NCBI GenBank assembly: GCA_963727445.1
Contig: CAVSGI010000020.1
Span: 352,001-416,000, forward strand
Direction: 5' to 3'
DNA length: 64,000 nt
DNA from: an uncultured delta proteobacterium
GTDB taxonomy: Bacteria > Myxococcota_A > Polyangia > Polyangiales > B10-G4
Shown: in pieces, positions 57,608-64,000 of the stretch
Position numbering within the stretch: the first letter of the stretch is position 1
Layout of the letters: every line of letters starts with the position of its first letter
Translations under genes and position numbers: made by a program
The notes under the pieces: generated by a model
Databases searched by the model: none
What the model was told of the DNA's origin: nothing
Seen by the model: the letters and a program-made list of their open reading frames with translations, nothing else

Positions 57608-58303
57608 ATGTCCACCACTGATTCCAGCGTCATTCAGAGTCTTCGCGAGCTCAGCCGTCTCGAGAACGAGCGCATCGCCGAGGAGCATGCCGAGGCCGAA
57701 GCCCGCGCTCGCGCCGAGGCCGAGGCGAAAGCCCGTGCTGTGGCCGAGGCCGAGGCGAAAGAGGCCCATGCCCGTCGGGTCGCCGAGGCCGAGGCGGCCC
57801 TGCGCCTGTCGGAGGAGCGAGCCGAGCGGAACGCGGAGGCGGACAAGCGGCTCGCCTCGCTGCGCGCCGAGCTCGCCGCGGTGCAGGCGGATCGGGAGCG
57901 GATGCATACGCGCATCGCCACCATCGCCGACGACGAGTGGACGTCACGGCCGCCGCGCGAAGGAAGCTGGGGGTGGAAGGTCGCGTTCGCGTCGGCAGGG
58001 GCAGTGGCGGCCGGCCTGGCCCTGATTCTGGCGGTGCGTGAGCCCGTTCAACCGACGCGCATCGTCCAGGTGCCGGTGGAGCGGACGGTCGTCGTCGAAC
58101 GGGCCGTGGCCGAAGAGCCAACCGATGCGCCGGTTGTCGAACCCACCGAGCCGGCGATCGCACGCACCGACGAGCCGAGCGACGTCGCGGGCCCGCACGT
58201 CCGCCGGCCCCACCCCGGGATGCGCCCGCACGCGCAGAACACGACGACGCAGCTTCTCGCCGATCTCGACTGCGCCGAAGACGATCCGACCTGCGGGATC
58301 TGA
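57608..58303 (+). CDS. Coiled-coil / TM / Pro-rich protein ending in C-x3-DPxCG
   Basis: 'SSVIQSLRELSRLENERI', AEAEA coiled coil, TM, 'DCAEDDPTCGI*'. Confidence 0.85.
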   Translation: MSTTDSSVIQSLRELSRLENERIAEEHAEAEARARAEAEAKARAVAEAEAKEAHARRVAEAEAALRLSEERAERNAEADKRLASLRAELAAVQADRERMHTRIATIADDEWTSRPPREGSWGWKVAFASAGAVAAGLALILAVREPVQPTRIVQVPVERTVVVERAVAEEPTDAPVVEPTEPAIARTDEPSDVAGPHVRRPHPGMRPHAQNTTTQLLADLDCAEDDPTCGI

Positions 58304-58392
58304 CGACGAAAGTGCGTGAAGCGCCGCGCGCGGGCCGTCTGCCGGATCTTCACGTGCAGAGCTGCAGGATCAGCCCTAAGCTGGGCCGCGAC

Positions 58393-59547
58393 GTGAGCGA
58401 TTCAGCGCGAAAGAGGGCCGGCGTCTCGTGCTCGCTCGACGACAGCGCCGAGCGCGCCGGCCTTCTCGCCGCCTCCGAGGCGGCGTCTTTTCCCGGTCGC
58501 GAGCACGTGCGGACGGTGCTGGTCTTCGCGTCGGGGCGGCACGCGGCGAGCACCCTCGAGGTCGCGGTGGGGGCCTCCGAAGCGGTGCAAGGCGCCAACG
58601 TCCTCGTGGTGGGAGGCGTCGGCCTCTCCTCGGCGGAAGGCGAGGAGCCGCGGAGTGGAGCCCTGGCGATCGCCCTCGACGCCCCATCGGCGATCGCGAC
58701 CGGCGAGATGCCAGAGACGGTCGAGGACGCCCAGCGGATCGGCGGCGCGATGGGGCGGGCGCTACATCACGCGCGAAGCCGCCCGATGCTCTGTTTCATG
58801 CTCCCGAACGGCGCGGTGGCTCAGGCCCTCGGCGCCTTTGCCTCGAGAAGCAAACGCACAGGTGGTGATGGGCGGGGGCCTGTCGGCGAGCGGCAACCTC
58901 GCCATCCGCATCGCAGGAGAGGCGCCGCGCGACGGCGGCGCGATGGCGGCGCTTCGCATCGACGGTGGATACAGGATGGCCGTCGGCGCGAGCGCCGGCG
59001 CCCAGCCGCTCAGCGACTTCACGCCCATCGAGGGGATGGACGGAGGCTTCGTGACCCAGGCTCGGTGGCGAGGCGCCTCTCGATGCGCTCGCGGCGGTGG
59101 CCGAGCGAAAGTCTCTGGTGCTCGCCCTGCTGAAGCGAAGAGACGCGGGCAGCCGAGGAGCGCATGGGCTACGTCGTTCGCGGCATCGGCGGCGTCGATC
59201 CCCGCAAGAAGGCGATCTTCGTGGGTCACGACGTGGCGGTCGGCGACCAGATCGCGTTCGCGACGCCCGACCGCAACGGCGCGCGTGAAGACTTCGAATC
59301 GATGCTGCGCGCCACGCTGCGCGGCACGGCGGGTGGGGTGCCGGTCGCGGGCTTCCACATCGACTGTGCAGGGCGGGGCCCGCGGCTCTACGGCCGCCCC
59401 CACGTCGACGCCCGCGCCATCACGGCCCACTTTCGCGACGTGCCCTTCGCGGGGATGCGCTCGAGCTTCGAGATCGGTCCGTACGCCGGCACGCCCGAGG
59501 TCCTGACCTACACCGGCGTCCTCGGGATCCTCTACGCGCCCTCCTGA
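58393..59547 (+). CDS. FIST-domain signal transduction protein, three +1 frameshifts (~58840, ~59060, ~59140)
   Basis: VLVFAS, VMGGG, YVVRGIGGVDP, DCAGRG, AGMRSSFEIGP, TYTGV spread over successive frames. Confidence 0.8.
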
Positions 59548-59550
59548 GGG

Positions 59551-61812
59551 TCAACGCGGGGCACGGAGCGCGTGCACCAGGTAGCCGACGATGCGTCGGT
59601 GGAGGTTCAGCGTCACGTCGGGCTCGGCCACCATGTGCGTGAAGCCGGAGAGCGGGAGGAAGTCGTGAGAGCGACCAGCCCGCAAGAGGGCGTCGCTCAT
59701 CTTGATCGAGTGAACGAAGTAGACGTTGTCGTCCACCGTGCCGTGGATGATCAAGAGCGGCCGCTCGAGATTGGGCGCGTGGGTGAGCACCGAGGTGTGG
59801 GCGTAGCCATCGGCGTTGTCCGCGGGCAGACCCATGTAGCGCTCGGTGTAGTGGGTGTCGTAATCGCCCCAATCGGCGACGGGCGCTCCCGCGACGCCGG
59901 CGTGAAAGACCTCGGGCCGCTGCATCACCGCCTGCGCCGAGAAGTATCCACCGAAGGACCAGCCGTAGATCCCGACGCGGTCCCGGTCCATCTCGGGGAC
60001 GCGCGCGGCGAGGGCGGTCAGGGCGTTGGCCTGATCTTCGAGGGGCGCGCTGATCACGTCCCGGTAGATCGCGCGCTCGAAGGCACGCCCGCGGCCCGGC
60101 GTCCCGCGGCCGTCGGCGGAGACCACGATGAAGCCATGGTCGGCGTACCACTGCTCGCGGAGGTAGCGGAGGGGCGAGGCGCGAACGGTGCGGTAGTGCG
60201 GCCCACCGTAGACCGAGACCAGCACCGGGTAGGGGCGGCCGGCCTCGAAGTTCCGCGGGCGCACCACCACCGCGTTCAGCTCGCGCTCGCCCACCTCGAG
60301 CAGCTCGATCTGGGGCGTGAAGGGCGGCGTCTCCGCGACCGAGGGCAGGGTCCCCACCTCCTCGTTTCCACGCATCACCCGGAAGGTGAGGCCACCGTCG
60401 AGGGGCCGCGCCGTGTGCACCCAGATCTCGTCACCGACCTCGGCGTCGTTCAGCCCTCGCCCCTCGGTCATCGGCACCACGTCGCCGCCCGCGAGGGGCA
60501 CCTTCACCACCTGCTGGGAGGTGGGATCGCCCTGGTTGGCGAGCACCCAGAGCACGCCAGCCTCTTCGTCCACCGAGACGAGCCCTTCGTAGCCGAGCTC
60601 CGGGGCGGTCAGCGTGGCCTCGAGGCTTCCGTCGACGCCGCGACGCTCGATCACCCATGCGCCGTCTCGCTCGGTGGTCCAGAGGAACGACTCGCCGCCG
60701 CTGAGATAGCGAGGCATCGCCTGCTCGAGATTGATCCAGGCGTCGTCGCGCTCGGTGTGGATGGCCGCCGTTCGTCCGCTCCGGGGATCGACGGTCATCA
60801 GCACCTCCTCGTTCTGGAGGCGGTTCTGCACGAGGATGGTGAGCGGGCCGTCGCTGGGCCATTTCACGGTCGCGAGGTAGGGGTGGGCCTCTCCGTCCCA
60901 GTCGACCCAGCGCGTCCGACCGCCGCTCACCGAGATCAGGCCGATGCGGACTTTCACGTTCGCCATGCCAGGGCGCGGGTAGCGGCGCGCCTGAGCGGGC
61001 GTCTCCGGATGCATGGGATCGAAGATGTGCCAGAGCTCGACCGGGGACAGGTCGGACTCCTGGTAGAGGAGCTGCGTGCTGTCGGGGGACCACCAGTAGC
61101 CGCGGTAGCGCCCCATCTCCTCCTGCGCGACGAACTCGGGCATGCCGTTGACGAGGGTCTCGCTCGCGGTGCGGGTCAGCCGGCGCTCGCGCCCGCCGTC
61201 GGTGCCGATCACGTACAGGTCCGAGTCGCGAACGAAGGCGACGTGCTCGCCGTTCGGCGAGAAGTGCGCGTCGTTGGCGTAGCCCTCGCCGGTGGGGAGC
61301 TCCTTCACCTCGGAGCTCTCTCGCGCGACCACGAAGAGGCGCCCCGAGAGCGGCACCAGGATCTTCGTCCCGTCCTTCGACAGCTCGTAGCTGGCGATGC
61401 CGCGGGCAGAAAGCCGCAAGCGCTCCCGCCGGGCGCGCTCCTCGTCGCTCAGCGCCTCCTCGGCGCCGCCGAGAAGCTGCTCCGCCGTGAGCACCTCGCT
61501 CACCTGTCCTGACGCGACGTCGAAGGCCCAGAGGCTGCGGACGAAGCTCCGCGGGCCCGAACGCAGGAAGAGCACCTGCGCATCGTCCGGCGTGATCTGG
61601 ATGCTCGTCGGTTGGCCGAGGCGGAAGCCGTGGGTCGCTGCGTACTGCTCGATGAATGCGTCCTCGGCGATCGAGGTCGGCGACCAGGCCCGCGCGGCGT
61701 CTCCGCCGTCTCCGTCGCCGTCCTCGGCCGTGGAGGAGCGAACGGACGCGCCCCCGCAGCCGGCGGCGAGAGCCGAAGCGAAGGCGAGGAAGAGAAGTGG
61801 GAGCCGATTCAT
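59551..61812 (-). CDS. Dipeptidyl peptidase IV (S9B) lipoprotein
   Basis: AQEEM, YWWSPD, VYGGP, GWSFGG, YDTHYTERYMG, HGTVDDNV. Confidence 0.95.
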   Translation of the reverse strand: MNRLPLLFLAFASALAAGCGGASVRSSTAEDGDGDGGDAARAWSPTSIAEDAFIEQYAATHGFRLGQPTSIQITPDDAQVLFLRSGPRSFVRSLWAFDVASGQVSEVLTAEQLLGGAEEALSDEERARRERLRLSARGIASYELSKDGTKILVPLSGRLFVVARESSEVKELPTGEGYANDAHFSPNGEHVAFVRDSDLYVIGTDGGRERRLTRTASETLVNGMPEFVAQEEMGRYRGYWWSPDSTQLLYQESDLSPVELWHIFDPMHPETPAQARRYPRPGMANVKVRIGLISVSGGRTRWVDWDGEAHPYLATVKWPSDGPLTILVQNRLQNEEVLMTVDPRSGRTAAIHTERDDAWINLEQAMPRYLSGGESFLWTTERDGAWVIERRGVDGSLEATLTAPELGYEGLVSVDEEAGVLWVLANQGDPTSQQVVKVPLAGGDVVPMTEGRGLNDAEVGDEIWVHTARPLDGGLTFRVMRGNEEVGTLPSVAETPPFTPQIELLEVGERELNAVVVRPRNFEAGRPYPVLVSVYGGPHYRTVRASPLRYLREQWYADHGFIVVSADGRGTPGRGRAFERAIYRDVISAPLEDQANALTALAARVPEMDRDRVGIYGWSFGGYFSAQAVMQRPEVFHAGVAGAPVADWGDYDTHYTERYMGLPADNADGYAHTSVLTHAPNLERPLLIIHGTVDDNVYFVHSIKMSDALLRAGRSHDFLPLSGFTHMVAEPDVTLNLHRRIVGYLVHALRAPR

Positions 61813-61900
61813 GGAGGCGGACTCTAAACCAGCCGCGTCCCGTATCGAAGCTCCCCTGCCAGCCCCAGACACAGGCGCGCTCTGGGGTTAGGCTCAGGAC

Positions 61901-62956
61901 GTGCGCCTCTGGCTCTTCCTGCTCGTCGTCGCCGCAGCCTGTGGCTCCAAGACGCCCCTCGAGGTGGGGGAGCCTCGGTTGCGGGATGGATCCATCGACG
62001 CCGCCGACGCCGCCTCGGACGCGCCTCGCGATGCGCCCTTCGACGTCCCCTTCGTCGACGTGGGCCCCGACGCATGCGCGCCGGTGACGGTCGGCTCTCG
62101 TGTGACGCCCACCGTCATCCTGCTCATCGATCAATCCGGCAGCATGGCGGCGCCGACCGAGAGCGGGCTCTCCCGTTGGGAGCTCCTGCGGGAGGTCGTG
62201 GTGGGCGGCGATGGTCTCGTCACGCGCCTCGAGAGGCGGGTTCGTTTCGGCGTCGCGTTCTATACGGCCCGCTCGGACGGCGACGGCGGGCCGCCCATCG
62301 GCGCCTGTCCCGACATGTCGGTGGTGCCGCCGGCGCTCGACAACCTCGCGCCGATCCGCGACCTCTTCTTCACTCTCGATCCCATCGAGGACACGCCCAC
62401 CGGCGACGCCATCGACGTCGCACGCGACACCCTCGCCCCCTTCTTCGCCCCCGAGCTCGGCCCGACGATCTTCGTCCTCGCCACCGACGGCGAGCCGGAC
62501 ACCTGCGCGGAGCTCGACCCGCAGAACGGGCAGGACGAGGCGGTGGCGGCAGCGCGGCGTTCGTTTGCCGCCGGCATTCGCACCTTCATCCTCTCCCTCG
62601 GCGAGGGGCTCGTGTCGCGCGAGCACCTCCAGAACATGGCCGATGCCGGCATCGGCGAGAGCGGCGCTACCTTCTGGGAGGCGGCGACCGCCGACGGGCT
62701 CCGCGGGGCGCTCGACGAGATCGTTCGCACCGACGTGGCGTGCACCCTCACGCTCACCCAGGCGGTGGAGCCCTCCCTCGCGTGCCTCGGCGACGTCCGC
62801 CTGAACGGGCGGCCGCTCCTCTGCGACGGGCCCGATGGCTTCTCGGTCCCCGAGCCGACCACGATGGTGCTCTCGGGGTCGGCGTGCAGCGAGCTGAGCG
62901 AGGTCCCCTCCAGCCGCCTCACGGCGCAGTGGCCCTGTGAGGCGCTCCGGCGATAG
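61901..62956 (+). CDS. VWA-domain lipoprotein (CglB-like)
   Basis: AAACG lipobox; LLIDQSGSM, DTPTG, LATDGEPDTC; Cys-rich C-terminus. Confidence 0.85.
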   Translation: MRLWLFLLVVAAACGSKTPLEVGEPRLRDGSIDAADAASDAPRDAPFDVPFVDVGPDACAPVTVGSRVTPTVILLIDQSGSMAAPTESGLSRWELLREVVVGGDGLVTRLERRVRFGVAFYTARSDGDGGPPIGACPDMSVVPPALDNLAPIRDLFFTLDPIEDTPTGDAIDVARDTLAPFFAPELGPTIFVLATDGEPDTCAELDPQNGQDEAVAAARRSFAAGIRTFILSLGEGLVSREHLQNMADAGIGESGATFWEAATADGLRGALDEIVRTDVACTLTLTQAVEPSLACLGDVRLNGRPLLCDGPDGFSVPEPTTMVLSGSACSELSEVPSSRLTAQWPCEALRR

Positions 62957-62962
62957 GGCGCC

Positions 62963-64000
62963 TCAGCCGATCTTCGTCGGGTTGATCTCGCCGGCGGTGA
63001 TCATCCGGCGCAGCTCGCGCTTGAGCACCTTGCCGCTCGGGCCGAGGGGCATGGCCGCGACGAAAGCCACCTCGCGGGGGTGCTTGATGTCGCCAACCAG
63101 ACCTTTCAGGCTGGCGACGATCGACGCGGGGCTCGGGTCTTTGCCCTCGGCGCGCACGATCACGGCGACGATCTCCTCGCCGTAGTGATCGTCGGGACGG
63201 CCGACGACGGCGACCTCCGCCACGTCGGGGTGGCGCGCGAGGGCGTCCTCCACCTCGCTCGGGAAGACGTTGTTTCCGCCGCGGATGATGATGTCTTTCT
63301 GGCGGTCGACGATCGTCAGCACGCCGTCGCCGCCGAGCACGCCCACGTCTCCGGTGGCGAGCCAGCCGTCGGGCATGGCCTCGACGGTGCCGGCGTCGTC
63401 GTCGAGATACTGGGCCATCACGTTCTGCCCGCGCACCCGAACCTCACCGGTCTCGCCCGGCCGAACGTCCTTGCCCTCCTCGTCGACCACCCGAACCTCG
63501 ACGCCCCACACCGGGCGCCCCACCGAGCCGGGGCTCTTTTCCCAAGGCGGCGCGTCGACGGTGGAGAAGGTGGCTTCCGTCAGGCCATAGCCTTGGCGTA
63601 CCTCGCAGCCGAGTCGCTTTTCGGCGGCCTCGCGCAGGTTCTCGGCGAGGGGCGCGCCGGCGCTCAAGCACCAGGAGAGGCTCTTCGCCGGCTCCGAAGC
63701 CGGCTGGCGCTCGAGCGCCGCCAGCATGGTCGGTACCACCGGGAGCCAGCTGATCTCTTCGCTCTGGAGCGCGGTGAGGGTCTCTGCGGCGCGGAAGCGT
63801 GGCATGAGCACCGCGCGCGCGCCCGCATAGAAGGGCGCGAGGACGACCATGCGGATGCCGTAGCTGTGGGTGAGCGGCAGGACGCCGAGGACCCGATCCC
63901 CGGATGACAAGCCCAGCGTGTGGTGCACCAGGGCGCTGGTGTGCAGCAGGAGCGACGCATGGGTGACCACCGCGCCGCGCTCGCCCTGCACCGTCCCCGA
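62963..64000 (-). CDS. Long-chain acyl-CoA synthetase / AMP-binding enzyme, 5'-truncated
   Basis: LPLTHSYG, QGYGLTE, WLATGD, DRQKDIIIRGG, GPSGKVLK. Confidence 0.9.
   Translation of the reverse strand, partial: SGTVQGERGAVVTHASLLLHTSALVHHTLGLSSGDRVLGVLPLTHSYGIRMVVLAPFYAGARAVLMPRFRAAETLTALQSEEISWLPVVPTMLAALERQPASEPAKSLSWCLSAGAPLAENLREAAEKRLGCEVRQGYGLTEATFSTVDAPPWEKSPGSVGRPVWGVEVRVVDEEGKDVRPGETGEVRVRGQNVMAQYLDDDAGTVEAMPDGWLATGDVGVLGGDGVLTIVDRQKDIIIRGGNNVFPSEVEDALARHPDVAEVAVVGRPDDHYGEEIVAVIVRAEGKDPSPASIVASLKGLVGDIKHPREVAFVAAMPLGPSGKVLKRELRRMITAGEINPTKIG

Noticed and set aside
1..64000. rRNA, tRNA, prophage, integrase or autonomous IS
   Set aside because: No such signatures recognised by eye; a tRNAscan/Infernal run would be needed to exclude them

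Overview
High-GC (~70% by eye) bacterial chromosome segment, most consistent with a myxobacterium (Myxococcota, Polyangia/Sandaracinaceae-like). Evidence: a MYXO-CTERM-type tail, Cys-rich VWA lipoproteins with D-A-G linkers, an AgmX/PglI-like C-terminal domain, Hanks-type kinases and sigma54 promoters. About 57 CDS, mostly housekeeping, peptide-scavenging and signalling genes; no rRNA, tRNA, CRISPR or transposase recognised. Several genes carry single-base frameshifts that look like long-read assembly errors. Most notable: (1) a 457-bp inverted pair of a structured ~220-bp element (52584-53040) whose hairpins covary between copies and enclose a same-length but different ~50-nt loop; (2) a 160-bp palindromic MITE inserted in frame, adding 54 aa to a SAM methyltransferase; (3) a translationally coupled, atypical phosphorelay operon (lipoprotein-TPR kinase, receiver, small His-box protein, sigma54 activator with a Cys4 insert in its receiver) directly upstream of a consensus sigma54 promoter; (4) a Ser/Thr kinase coupled to a full-length Suppressor-of-fused protein; (5) a PQQ dehydrogenase/pentaheme cytochrome/porin module; (6) widespread apparently leaderless TAnnnT promoters. 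All family assignments are motif recognition by eye, without database searches.
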